NCBI GenBank assembly: GCA_041753275.1
Contig: JBGSUW010000078.1
Span: 36,074 to 100,073 of the forward strand
Direction of reading: 5' to 3'
From: Akkermansiaceae bacterium
GTDB taxonomy: Bacteria; Verrucomicrobiota; Verrucomicrobiia; Verrucomicrobiales; Akkermansiaceae
DNA: 64,000 bases
Shown in pieces: positions 20,684 to 29,785 of the stretch (its first letter is position 1; each line of letters begins with the position of its first letter). Made by a program: the position numbers and the translations under genes. The notes below the pieces were generated by a model. That model did not search any database. It was not told the DNA's origin and worked only from the letters and a program-made list of their open reading frames with translations.

Positions 20684-21463
20684 ATGTGGCTCGATTCTCA
20701 CAATCACCTTCAAGACGCCCGTTTGGGAAATCCCTCTCCGCTCATCACAGCCATGCGCGCTGCTGCGGTGGAAGGTTGCGTGGTGAACTCGACATCCGAG
20801 GAGGACTGGGAACTCGTCTCTCAACTTGCGCAGGCCGAAAGCGGCTGGGCGCTTCCCGCATTTGGAATTCATCCATGGAAGGCTAACCTCGCAATGCCGG
20901 GTTGGCTGGATCGATTGAGGGATCGCTTGGAAAAAAATCCGTCCGCCTCCATCGGCGAATGCGGACTGGATCAATGGATAACGACACCGAATTTAAAAAC
21001 CCAAAAACCCATATTCGAAGCCCAACTGCAACTTGCCGTTGAGATGGAGCGACCTCTAACCATCCATTGCCTCAAAGCCTGGGGGGCCTTGTTTGAATCA
21101 TTTGCCAACTCTCCCCCACCCTCGCGATTTTTGATGCATTCATTCAATGGCTCGATCGAGACGGCGCAGCGCTTAATCCCACTAGGCGCTTATTTTTCCT
21201 TCTCCGGCTATTTCCTTCATGAACGCAAAGCAGCAATTCTGGATGTTTTCAAAAAACTGCCCATGGATCGAATTCTGTTAGAGTCTGACGCTCCGGATAT
21301 GCTCCCGCCCTTTGCGTCGATCAGTCACCCACTCAAGGCTGGCCTGAATCACCCCGCTAACCTTGCCATGATCGGCGAGGCACTGGCCGTTAAATTCAAA
21401 ATCCCCGTGGAAGAACTCGCCAAGATTACTCGGGAAAACACCCGCCAGTGTTTTGGATTCTGA
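20684..21463 (+). CDS. tatD: TatD-family nuclease
   Basis: DSHNH, GIHPW, IGECGLD, IHC, MHSF, ESDAP. Confidence 0.9.
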   Translation: MWLDSHNHLQDARLGNPSPLITAMRAAAVEGCVVNSTSEEDWELVSQLAQAESGWALPAFGIHPWKANLAMPGWLDRLRDRLEKNPSASIGECGLDQWITTPNLKTQKPIFEAQLQLAVEMERPLTIHCLKAWGALFESFANSPPPSRFLMHSFNGSIETAQRLIPLGAYFSFSGYFLHERKAAILDVFKKLPMDRILLESDAPDMLPPFASISHPLKAGLNHPANLAMIGEALAVKFKIPVEELAKITRENTRQCFGF

Positions 21464-21541
21464 AAATTCAATCCAGCTCACATTTCACTTTTGACACTAT
21501 TTTCAGTGCGCACTCACCGTTTGTGACCCACTCTCTCACAA

Positions 21542-21802
21542 ATGGAAATTCACAATCCAGGCGACTACTCCGCAGCGGATGCCTTCGCCGTCTCAATGTT
21601 GTGCGTGATGCTCCTCAGCATGGGCGTGATCGCCATGTTGTTCTTCCTCATCAGAAAAAGCAGCTCCCGGAGAGATGCGCAGATTGACGACCTTCTCGAT
21701 GAAGTCGCCCGCGATGCCAAGCCACAGCCAGCGCCCAGCACCCCCAAGCCCATTTTAGAAGATTGGGAAAAGGAGCCGGACTGGTGGAAGAAAAATGAGT
21801 GA
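21542..21802 (+). CDS. Small single-pass membrane protein
   Basis: One TM helix; C-terminal WEKEPDWWK. Confidence 0.65.
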   Translation: MEIHNPGDYSAADAFAVSMLCVMLLSMGVIAMLFFLIRKSSSRRDAQIDDLLDEVARDAKPQPAPSTPKPILEDWEKEPDWWKKNE

Positions 21803-21954
21803 AAATCCTCCGCCAAATCCCACTTGGCTCCAATTTGCCGATCCTCCAAGGATTTCTGATTGCGCAAAAACCCAAAAGCGCCCCCGGTTCTCACTAAATA
21901 CTCTCTTGGAAAATCTTGCCGCCCTCGCGAGCCTCGCTTACAAAAACCGCTCCC

Positions 21955-24252
21955 ATGACTCACCTCGAAGCCATCGCCCGCGAAACCGGGATCTCTCTCT
22001 CATCCGTCACCACCACTGCCAAGCTCCTCGCCGAGGGCGGCACCGTCCCTTTCCTTTCCCGCTACCGCAAGGAGCAAACCGGATCGCTGGACGAGGTCCA
22101 GATCACCACCATCCGGGACCGCATGCTTCAGCTCGCCGAGCTTGATAGCCGCCGCACCGCCGTCCTCAAGTCACTCGAAGAGCGCTCGCTACTCACCCCG
22201 GAGCTCAAGAAAAAACTCGAAGCTGCCATCACCATCACCGCCGTGGAGGACATCTTTGCACCCTTCCGACCGAAGCGCCAAACCCGCGCCACAAAGGCCA
22301 TCGAACGCGGCCTCACCCCGCTCGCCGATTATATTTTTGAAAATCAAGCTGCCGATCCCGAGGAAGAAGCCGCCAAGTTTCTCAATCCGGAAATGGAAGT
22401 CCCCACCATCGCGGAAGCCCTCGCAGGAGCCCGCGACATCATCGCCGAGCGCGTCGCAGACGATGCTCCCCTCCGTGGCCAGATTCGCAAAATCTACGAA
22501 GAAGAGGCCACCGTCTCTTCCAAGATCATGTACGGCAAAGAAGAAGAGCCGGATGCGCAGAAATTCCGCGATTACTTCGAGTGGAGCGAGCCACTCCACT
22601 CCATCCCATCTCACCGCACCCTTGCCATCCGCCGTGGTGAGAAAGACGGTTTTCTCCTGATGCGGGTGGAAGTCCCCTTGGACCGCGTGACCTCCCAAGC
22701 CCTGCCGCAATGGGTGACTTCGCAAGGCCCCGCCGCCAAGCACGTGGCCCAAGCGGTAGAAGACGGCTGCAAGCGCTTACTGATGCCTTCCATGGAAACA
22801 GAAGCCCGGCTATTTGCGAAAAAGCGCGCGGACGAAACGGCCATCACCGTCTTTGCCGATAATTTCCGTGAACTACTGCTCGCCTCGCCTCTCGGGGAAA
22901 AACGCTTGCTCGCGATCGATCCCGGCTTCCGCACCGGCTGCAAAACCGTGGTCCTGGATCGCTCTGGAAAACTTCTCCACCACACCGTGCTTCACGCCAC
23001 CGCAGGCTCTCAAAATCAAGCCTACGAAGCTGCCGTAGAAGTCACCACCTTGATTAAAAAGCACGATATCGAGGCCATCGCCATCGGCAATGGCACTGCC
23101 TCCCGAGAGACCGAGGCCTTCATTAAAAAGCTCAAACTCCCCTCCTCCATCCCCGTCGTGATGGTCAACGAGAGTGGAGCATCCATCTACTCCGCCTCAG
23201 ATGTCGCTCGCGAAGAATTCCCTAACGAAGATGTCACCGTCCGCGGTGCGGTCAGCATCGGCCGCCGCTTGATGGACCCTCTCGCCGAGCTGGTGAAAAT
23301 CGACGCCAAAGCCATCGGCGTAGGACAATATCAACACGACGTCGATCAACGCGCGCTCAAAGCCAGCCTCGATGACACCGTCATTTCCTGCGTCAATGCC
23401 GTGGGCGTGGAAATCAACACCGCTTCCAAACAACTGCTTTCCTACGTTTCCGGCCTCAATGCATCACTGGCCGAAAACATCGTAACCTGGCGCAATGAAA
23501 ACGGTGCCTTCACCTGCCGTGAACAGTTGAAAAAAGTCCCCCGCCTAGGTGAGAAAGCCTACGAGCAAGCCGCCGGATTCCTGCGGGTGCGTGGCAGCAA
23601 GCATCCACTCGATTCCTCCGCCGTCCACCCCGAGCGATACCCGCTGGTGGAAAAAATGGCTGCGGATGCAGGCTGCAAGGTCGAGGAATTACTCGCTAAC
23701 GAAGCCTCCCGCAAGAAGATCGATTTGCAAAAATACGTCGATGACCAAGTCGGCCTCCCCACCCTCAAAGACATCGTCGCAGAACTCGCCAAGCCAGGCC
23801 GCGATCCACGCAAGCAGTTCGAATTGTTTTCCTTTGTCGAGGGGATCGAAAAGCCGACGGATTTGCAAATCGGCATGAAGCTCCCCGGCATTGTCACCAA
23901 TGTCACCGCATTCGGGGCGTTCGTCGATGTGGGTGTGCACCAAGACGGCCTCGTCCACGTTTCCCAACTTGCGGACCACTTCATTCGGGATGCGTCAGAA
24001 GTCGTGAAAGTCGGCCAAAAAGTCCAAGTCACTGTCGTAGAAGTGGATCTCAAGCGCAACCGCATCGCACTCTCGATGAAGTCCAAAGTCGATCTAGATA
24101 ATCGCCGCTCCACCGGCGACGACCGCGACGCAAGGCCGAACCACGGCGGTGGGCAACGCCACCAAGGCAACCGCACCCCGAACTTCAGCCCCAACGCCGC
24201 CCCGAATAACGATTGGTTTTCCCAAGCGCTCTCCAACGCGAAGAAAAAATAA
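21955..24252 (+). CDS. tex: Tex RNA-binding transcription accessory protein (YqgF, HhH, S1)
   Basis: TVPFLSRYRKEQTG, IDPGFRTGCK, ESGASIYSAS, GVGQYQHDV, S1 domain FGAFVDVGVHQDGLVH. Confidence 0.95.
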   Translation: MTHLEAIARETGISLSSVTTTAKLLAEGGTVPFLSRYRKEQTGSLDEVQITTIRDRMLQLAELDSRRTAVLKSLEERSLLTPELKKKLEAAITITAVEDIFAPFRPKRQTRATKAIERGLTPLADYIFENQAADPEEEAAKFLNPEMEVPTIAEALAGARDIIAERVADDAPLRGQIRKIYEEEATVSSKIMYGKEEEPDAQKFRDYFEWSEPLHSIPSHRTLAIRRGEKDGFLLMRVEVPLDRVTSQALPQWVTSQGPAAKHVAQAVEDGCKRLLMPSMETEARLFAKKRADETAITVFADNFRELLLASPLGEKRLLAIDPGFRTGCKTVVLDRSGKLLHHTVLHATAGSQNQAYEAAVEVTTLIKKHDIEAIAIGNGTASRETEAFIKKLKLPSSIPVVMVNESGASIYSASDVAREEFPNEDVTVRGAVSIGRRLMDPLAELVKIDAKAIGVGQYQHDVDQRALKASLDDTVISCVNAVGVEINTASKQLLSYVSGLNASLAENIVTWRNENGAFTCREQLKKVPRLGEKAYEQAAGFLRVRGSKHPLDSSAVHPERYPLVEKMAADAGCKVEELLANEASRKKIDLQKYVDDQVGLPTLKDIVAELAKPGRDPRKQFELFSFVEGIEKPTDLQIGMKLPGIVTNVTAFGAFVDVGVHQDGLVHVSQLADHFIRDASEVVKVGQKVQVTVVEVDLKRNRIALSMKSKVDLDNRRSTGDDRDARPNHGGGQRHQGNRTPNFSPNAAPNNDWFSQALSNAKKK

Positions 24253-24437
24253 GGGACGCCGCCAATTCTGGTGATTCTCACCGCACTGGATTGCTGTAGT
24301 CTCCTCAGCTTTCCGGTGGCTGCCCCATCTTACCACCAGCGGCGCAACCAAAAAAATCCTTGCCCTGTCAGTTCACTGCCGGAACTCTCCCCCTTTCCAT
24401 CACGCCTCACACTTCCGGCGGATGATCTGATTTACCT

Positions 24438-25931
24438 ATGTTTTCTCGAATTCAATCGCCTTCGTTTTCCAACATCCGGGCGGACCTGCTCGCAGGCCTT
24501 GTCGTCGCCCTCGCGCTGATTCCTGAGTCCATCGCCTTCTCAGTGATTGCCAAAGTGGACCCGCAAGTTTGTCTATTCGCCTCCGTGATCATCGCGGTCA
24601 CCATCGCCTTCGTCGGCGGAAGACCTGCGATGATCTCCGCCTCCACGGGAGCCATCGCCCTGCTGGTGGGGAATCTGGTAGTGGAGCATGGCGTGGCCTA
24701 CCTGCTCGCAGCGTCCATGCTTACCGGAGTCATCCAGCTCTTTCTGGGGATGGTCAACGTCGCCAGCGTGATGCGCTTCGTCTCAGCCTCGGTGATGACA
24801 GGCTTCGTAAATGCCTTGGCGATTCTCTACATGATCACCCAGCTCCAAGAGCTTCTACTCGCCGGAAATATGGGTGCCTGGGTCACGTTTCCTCTCGTCG
24901 CCGGCGGATTAGCGATCATTTACCTATTTCCACTGCTGACGAAGGCGGTCCCGTCTCCGTTGATCGCCATCGTCGTGATTTCCCTGATCGCCAATTTCTT
25001 TGAAATGGATGTGCGCAGGGTGAAAGACCTCGGAATCCTACCTACCGGACTGCCCACCCTTGATTTTGAAAATTGGAAATTGCTGCCACTCACACTTGAA
25101 ACGCTATGGATCATCCTGCCGGTATCCCTGAGTTTTTCAGTCGTCGGCCTCCTTGAATCCTTGATGACCGCGCAAATTCTTGATGAATTGACCGATACCA
25201 CCAGCGACAAAAACAAAGAAGCGCGTGGCCAAGGCATCGCCAATATCGCCTCCAGCCTCTTCGGCGGCATCGCAGGCTGCGCCATGATCGGCCAATCCGT
25301 GATCAACGTGAAATCCGGCGGCCGCGGCAGGCTTTCCACCCTCACATCCGGACTCGTCCTGCTGGCGCTGCTGCTGACAATGAATACCCAAGTGGGAAAT
25401 ATCCCGATGGCTGCCCTCGTCGCCGTGATGATCATGGTCTCAATCGGAACATTTAATTGGGCAACTTTTAAGAACCTCAAAATCCAACCCAAAATGACCA
25501 GCATTGTGATGCTTGCCACCGTCGCCACCGTCGTCGGCACCCACAATCTCGCAATCGGCGTGGGAGTGGGAGTGTTACTCAGCGGAATTTTCTTCGCTCA
25601 CAAAGTTTCTCAAGTCATCGGCATCACCAGCGAGCTTTCCGGAGAGACAAGAATCTACACCGTGCGCGGGCAAATCTTCTTCGCCTCGGCGGATCAATTC
25701 ATCGCGGCGTTCGATTTCAAGGAAGTCCTTTCAAAAGTGACCATCGATGTCTCCCACGCCCACTTCTGGGATCTGACTTCGGTTGGGGCTCTCGACAAAG
25801 TTGTCTTAAAATACCGCAGGGAAGGCGCTGAGGTGGAAGTCCTTGGGATGAACGAGGCAACTGCCACCATCGTCAGCAAGCTCGGCACCCATGATAAACC
25901 CGGTATGCTAGATCGCATGCACGAGCACTAA
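24438..25931 (+). CDS. SulP-family anion transporter with STAS domain
   Basis: DLLAGLVVALALIPESIAF, GGRPAMIS, GCAMIGQSVIN, GQIFFAS. Confidence 0.92.
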   Translation: MFSRIQSPSFSNIRADLLAGLVVALALIPESIAFSVIAKVDPQVCLFASVIIAVTIAFVGGRPAMISASTGAIALLVGNLVVEHGVAYLLAASMLTGVIQLFLGMVNVASVMRFVSASVMTGFVNALAILYMITQLQELLLAGNMGAWVTFPLVAGGLAIIYLFPLLTKAVPSPLIAIVVISLIANFFEMDVRRVKDLGILPTGLPTLDFENWKLLPLTLETLWIILPVSLSFSVVGLLESLMTAQILDELTDTTSDKNKEARGQGIANIASSLFGGIAGCAMIGQSVINVKSGGRGRLSTLTSGLVLLALLLTMNTQVGNIPMAALVAVMIMVSIGTFNWATFKNLKIQPKMTSIVMLATVATVVGTHNLAIGVGVGVLLSGIFFAHKVSQVIGITSELSGETRIYTVRGQIFFASADQFIAAFDFKEVLSKVTIDVSHAHFWDLTSVGALDKVVLKYRREGAEVEVLGMNEATATIVSKLGTHDKPGMLDRMHEH

Positions 25932-25956
25932 AGCTTCAATCCAAAAAAATCCCCAA

Positions 25957-26796
25957 ATGTCCACTATTCTCGCCTGCACCGACGGTTCACTCTACGCGCC
26001 CAGCATTTACCACCACGCCTGCTGGGCCGCTTCGCAGTTGGATCTCCCCGTGCATATTCTCCACGTCATCGAGCGTGAGGATCTGCCTGCCACTCACGAC
26101 TTCAGCGGAAACCTAGGGTTCCATGCAAATGACGAGCTACTTGAAGAACTCACCAAGCTCGATGAAACCCACGCAAAAGTCGCCCGTTTGCGCGGCAGAG
26201 CCATCCTGGAAGACGCCGTCAAGTGCATCCCGGGCGAGGTCAAAACCACCCAGCGCCATGGCTCGCTGGTGGATACGCTAGCGGAATTTGAAAAAGATGC
26301 TGCCCTCGTCGTCCTCGGAAAAAGAGGAGAACATGCGGATCTTTCGAAAGGGCATCTTGGCAGCAATCTAGAAAGGGTCGTTCGATCAGCACAAATTCCG
26401 GTGCTTGTCGCAGCTCGTGAATTCAAGCCGCTGGAGCGCTTTCTCATTGCCTTCGATGGCGGCCCAAGTTCGTTAAAAGCAGTCCATTATTTGGCCACCC
26501 AGCCGCTTCTGAACAATGCTGAATGTCACCTCCTCACCATCGCCAAGCCCGGCACCGAGCAGGCCCGCGCGCTGGAAAATGCCACCACCACCCTTAAACA
26601 AGCAGGCTACTCCGTCATTTCAGAACTGATCTCAGGAGATGCCGACGATCTGATCTCCGCACGAGTGCAGGAGGCCAAAATTGACTTGCTCGTCATGGGC
26701 GCTTACGGCCACTCGCGCATCCGCGAGTTCATCCTCGGCAGCACCACCACCGCCCTCATCCGCACCTGCCACGTGCCCGTTCTACTCTTTCGCTGA
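25957..26796 (+). CDS. Universal stress protein (tandem USP domains)
   Basis: ILACTDGS, LGKRG..LGSNLERVVR, MGAYGHSRIREFILGSTT. Confidence 0.92.
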   Translation: MSTILACTDGSLYAPSIYHHACWAASQLDLPVHILHVIEREDLPATHDFSGNLGFHANDELLEELTKLDETHAKVARLRGRAILEDAVKCIPGEVKTTQRHGSLVDTLAEFEKDAALVVLGKRGEHADLSKGHLGSNLERVVRSAQIPVLVAAREFKPLERFLIAFDGGPSSLKAVHYLATQPLLNNAECHLLTIAKPGTEQARALENATTTLKQAGYSVISELISGDADDLISARVQEAKIDLLVMGAYGHSRIREFILGSTTTALIRTCHVPVLLFR

Positions 26797-26854
26797 AAAT
26801 TAGCAGAAGCACCGGAAAGCAGCGACGATCACCGCTTTGCGGCGCGATTACATC

Positions 26855-26968
26855 TAAAGGGGCAGCCACGTCTCGTGGCTGTGGCAATGGAATGCAAAAG
26901 AACCGCAGCCAGCGCCACATCTCTTTCACCTCCCATTGCCCCTGTGGACGAGATGTCCACATCCCTAG
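26855..26968. repeat. Inverted REP-like hairpin doublet
   Basis: AGGGG-CAGCCACGTCTCGTGGCTG (26863-26881) and inverted TGTGGACGAGATGTCCACA-TCCCT (26943-26961), with an inner GGCAATGG/CCATTGCC pair. Confidence 0.65.
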
Positions 26969-26982
26969 GAAGAGTCAAAAAC

Positions 26983-27306
26983 TCAACCGCCTTTCGCTTT
27001 TGAGAAGCTTTCGGTCACTCGCTCCACCTTCACAGGGTCAAAGCCGGATTTTTTGATGTAATCGGTAATTTCCTGGTCGGTGATCGATTTCCCTTTCCGC
27101 TCTTCCAGCAGCACAAGCTTGCGGGTGAGATCGACATGCACGTCAGATACCGCTGGATGTTTCTTGAAGTGAGCCAGGATGCCCTGCGCGCAGAACGAGC
27201 AGACCATGCCATTGACCGTTGTTTTCACCGTAAACACCCGATCAGCCGCTGCGTGAGCGAAGCTTGCGGATAGAACGAGGATGGTGATAATCGAAGTAAT
27301 TTTCAT
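26983..27306 (-). CDS. Exported heavy-metal-associated (HMA) domain protein
   Basis: Signal peptide (AHA); VNGMVCSFCAQG metal-binding motif; IKKSGF. Confidence 0.85.
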   Translation of the reverse strand: MKITSIITILVLSASFAHAAADRVFTVKTTVNGMVCSFCAQGILAHFKKHPAVSDVHVDLTRKLVLLEERKGKSITDQEITDYIKKSGFDPVKVERVTESFSKAKGG

Positions 27307-27324
27307 TTTGATAATTGTTTGAAT

Positions 27325-27942
27325 TTAGAAGTGGATCATGAAGTTGACGACTGGTTTACCCCTGAGAGTGCTACCAAGTTCGAGGAAATACGGGCCCTTG
27401 AAAAAACGGACTTTTGGAATCAGCTCGAGCTTATCCTCCATGCCAGTGACATGCTCGGCCTGGAGAATGAGCCATGTGTTCAGATGGTCGAAATCCGCCT
27501 TGTAGGGTGCCACACCTACCGCCGCGCTAAAAACACCCCGGGTCACATCAGCCGATTCGACCCATTTTGCATCGAAAGCCGTGTAAACCCGCCGCGTTTC
27601 ATAATCCGCCCGGAAGAAACCGATACCCGCCGGCGACGCTCCGTCACCAACATCACCCGCCATTCCGGCACCGACGCCCGTGTAGAGATTCGCCTGCGCC
27701 GATGGCAAATTCCATCTCTTGAGCAGCCAATTGTGCTGGATGCCAGTGAAGATCTCTTCGTCGTCGCCGTCGAAGCGCATGGCATGAAGACCCCATGCAG
27801 CTTGCGCCGAATAGGAGCGATAGAGCTCCAGGTTTTGCACGTCACCAGACGTGCCGAACATGAGTTGATAAGCGCCTTCAAAGGCCACTGGATGAGCCGC
27901 AGCTGTGGCGGCCATCATAAGACTTAATGCAATAGTTTTCAA
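27325..27942 (-). CDS. Putative outer-membrane beta-barrel protein of a metal operon
   Basis: TTG start, signal peptide, mature N-terminus HPVAF, alternating aromatic strands, C-terminal NFMIHF. Confidence 0.72.
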   Translation of the reverse strand: MKTIALSLMMAATAAAHPVAFEGAYQLMFGTSGDVQNLELYRSYSAQAAWGLHAMRFDGDDEEIFTGIQHNWLLKRWNLPSAQANLYTGVGAGMAGDVGDGASPAGIGFFRADYETRRVYTAFDAKWVESADVTRGVFSAAVGVAPYKADFDHLNTWLILQAEHVTGMEDKLELIPKVRFFKGPYFLELGSTLRGKPVVNFMIHF

Positions 27943-27961
27943 TTATTTGGTTCAATATGAG

Positions 27962-28012
27962 TTAGGAAAAATAGACAAATCACACCTTTCGGTGCATCGA
28001 CATTTTTCCTAA
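27962..28012 (-). promoter_or_regulatory. Long stem-loop between the leader ORF and the metal genes
   Basis: Minus strand TTAGGAAAAAT...CACC-GAAA-GGTG...ATTTTTCCTAA: perfect 11-bp outer stem, GNRA-capped inner stem. Confidence 0.65.
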
Positions 28013-28014
28013 AA

Positions 28015-28362
28015 TCACAAAATCCAAATCGCCAGTCGCGAACGCCTCTCTTCAGGCGGGGCATGCCACGGCAGCGCCGGGTGCCAGCTCGGAGCCAAAT
28101 GAGCCAGTGACGCCATTTTCAGAATCGGCAATTCCGATCCACAAGGTGCCACCAAATTTCCTAAGCCAGCAGCGACCACCATTTCGGGAAAATCCGCCTC
28201 CGAATGATCACCGCAAATGCACGGCTCCACCTCCACGGAACCATTGCAACAGCAGCTTGATTCCGCTGTCGCACACGGATTCACCGAAATCATCCGCACT
28301 TCCCCAAAACCAGCCATCAAAGTGGCTAGAAAACAGGCGAGGAGTGTTAAAGGTTGATACAC
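28015..28362 (-). CDS. Cys-rich leader protein with C-terminal HAPP (DUF2946/HYC_CC_PP-like)
   Basis: Hydrophobic N-terminus, PC..SSCCC..PCICGDH, WHAPPEERRSRLAIWIL. Confidence 0.65.
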   Translation of the reverse strand: MYQPLTLLACFLATLMAGFGEVRMISVNPCATAESSCCCNGSVEVEPCICGDHSEADFPEMVVAAGLGNLVAPCGSELPILKMASLAHLAPSWHPALPWHAPPEERRSRLAIWIL

Positions 28363-28519
28363 GACAACGCTTCAATAAGCCAATATCGTTAAAATGCAAC
28401 CGCAAGTCCCACAGTTTCGCGTCCGCGAGAAATCAACGCGCTAGCTGGAGCGCACAGCCATGGTGAAGTTTGGTTCGAATAAAATTCGCATTGGCGGCGA
28501 AATACTTAAAATCTAGTAG

Positions 28520-28786
28520 TTACTCATAAACTTCTTTTCGGTGGCCGACGGTTACGACCAAAACCAGAAGCTCCAAATCCTTAATCTGGCAAACAATACG
28601 GTAGTTACCGACGCGATAACTCCAAAGCCCTGCAAGGTTACTTTTGAGTGACTTCCCAAATCTTCGAGGGTCTTCATCCCCTGCAACTCGCTTCTCCAAA
28701 TAGTCGATAATTTGAATCTGCGCTTGCCTATCTAGTTTTTGGAAATCTTTGAGGGTTTTTGTCTTAAATTCAAAGACCCAAGGCAT
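28520..28786 (-). CDS. relE: Type II toxin, RelE/StbE family
   Basis: [38 protein letters not shown]. Confidence 0.92.
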   Translation of the reverse strand: MPWVFEFKTKTLKDFQKLDRQAQIQIIDYLEKRVAGDEDPRRFGKSLKSNLAGLWSYRVGNYRIVCQIKDLELLVLVVTVGHRKEVYE

Positions 28787-28976
28787 TTTTCATCTCCTTC
28801 AAGCTAAGTTTTTCGCCGTCTTCTTGAAGCCTTTTTTCAGCAAGATAAACGTCTTCTAAATCTTCGAGATGCTCAAGAATCGCTTCCCGAGCATAAAAGG
28901 TTTTGGTGCGGCCAGTCCTCTTTGCCAAGGCAGTAAGACGGGCTTCAATTTCAGGCTCTAACCGAATCGCAAGCAT
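28770..28976 (-). CDS. Type II antitoxin, ribbon-helix-helix (RelB/StbD-like), 68 aa
   Basis: [47 protein letters not shown]; overlaps the toxin start; true start ATG 28976. Confidence 0.9.
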   Translation of the reverse strand: MLAIRLEPEIEARLTALAKRTGRTKTFYAREAILEHLEDLEDVYLAEKRLQEDGEKLSLKEMKNALGL

Positions 28977-28982
28977 GGCGAA

Positions 28983-29010
28983 AAGATACATTGCCATACT
29001 CGTATAGCAA
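28983..29010 (-). promoter_or_regulatory. TA promoter with palindromic operator
   Basis: TTGCTA-16-TATCTT-6-ATG on minus strand; TTGCCATAC-TC-GTATAGCAA (28991-29010) dyad with one mismatch covers the -35 and spacer. Confidence 0.75.
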
Positions 29011-29214
29011 TAGCAGTTTCGACGCTCTTTAACTAGCTGCCAATCAAATACTAGCCCAGCTAAGGCACACTGCTTGGATTGCCTGCTGCTGTCTCGTTGG
29101 GCGATCAGTCCCCGCAGCCTGAACTCCCCTTCCCGCAGATTCACTGAAACACAGCCACCGGCTGGCTGCACGTCCCGCAAAAGTCGCCATCGTTGCCAAT
29201 ACTCGGAGGCTACT

Positions 29215-29354
29215 ACACTGCCGCGCATCAAGATTTGCGGAATAAGGAGAAGGGACCTTATTGTCCCTTTCTTCCTCTGTGTCAGCCAAAGAGGCGACAC
29301 TGAAGTCGCCACTCCTTAGCCCGCAAAATCACAAATCTTGATGTGCGGCAATAT
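29215..29354. mobile_element. MITE-like element enclosing an inverted REP doublet
   Basis: Terminal inverted repeats TGCCGCGCATCAAGATTTG (29219-29237) / CAAATCTTGATGTGCGGCA (29332-29350), 18/19; inside TAAGGAG+hairpin and hairpin+CTCCTTA. Confidence 0.6.
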
Positions 29355-29785
29355 CGTTCACCGTAACACATAGATCGAAAAGCAGCTCTGACCGGCAGGC
29401 ATTACAACGTAAACACCTCGGAATTCTACAATTAGCCCTCATGAAAATGGGGTTGATCGACCAAACTGCCAAATTTCACACACCATCGAGTTCCTCATAA
29501 TTTATTGAAACTCAAAAAATTAAATAAATAAGATAATCAAGATTAACGTAATATTTTAAGTGTTCTTGTGATCACGCTAAGCTGCCTCACTTCCTTTAAA
29601 ACAAGGCTTTCTTAAGAAAAGACATCCTCCTGCCGCTCCATCCAAATCCTGCAAACTCATTCGAGATTCTTCGAGAAAAAACATAATTGAAGAAGATTGT
29701 GCTTGCCGGATACCGGCCTCGCAGGTAAATCCTCCGCCGTGACGGACCCGATTGGAAAGTCGCTCATTCCTACTAATACACAAAA

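Noticed and set aside
24253-24437. Possible structured RNA leader before sulP (sul1-like motif)
   Set aside because: I could not build a convincing stem or confirm a consensus by eye; needs an Rfam scan
27319-27927. 202-aa plus-strand ORF
   Set aside because: Antisense shadow of the minus-strand beta-barrel gene, which has a signal peptide and operon context
28977-29312. N-terminal extension making the antitoxin 180 aa
   Set aside because: Runs through the promoter, operator and MITE-like element; the RHH domain starts at ATG 28976
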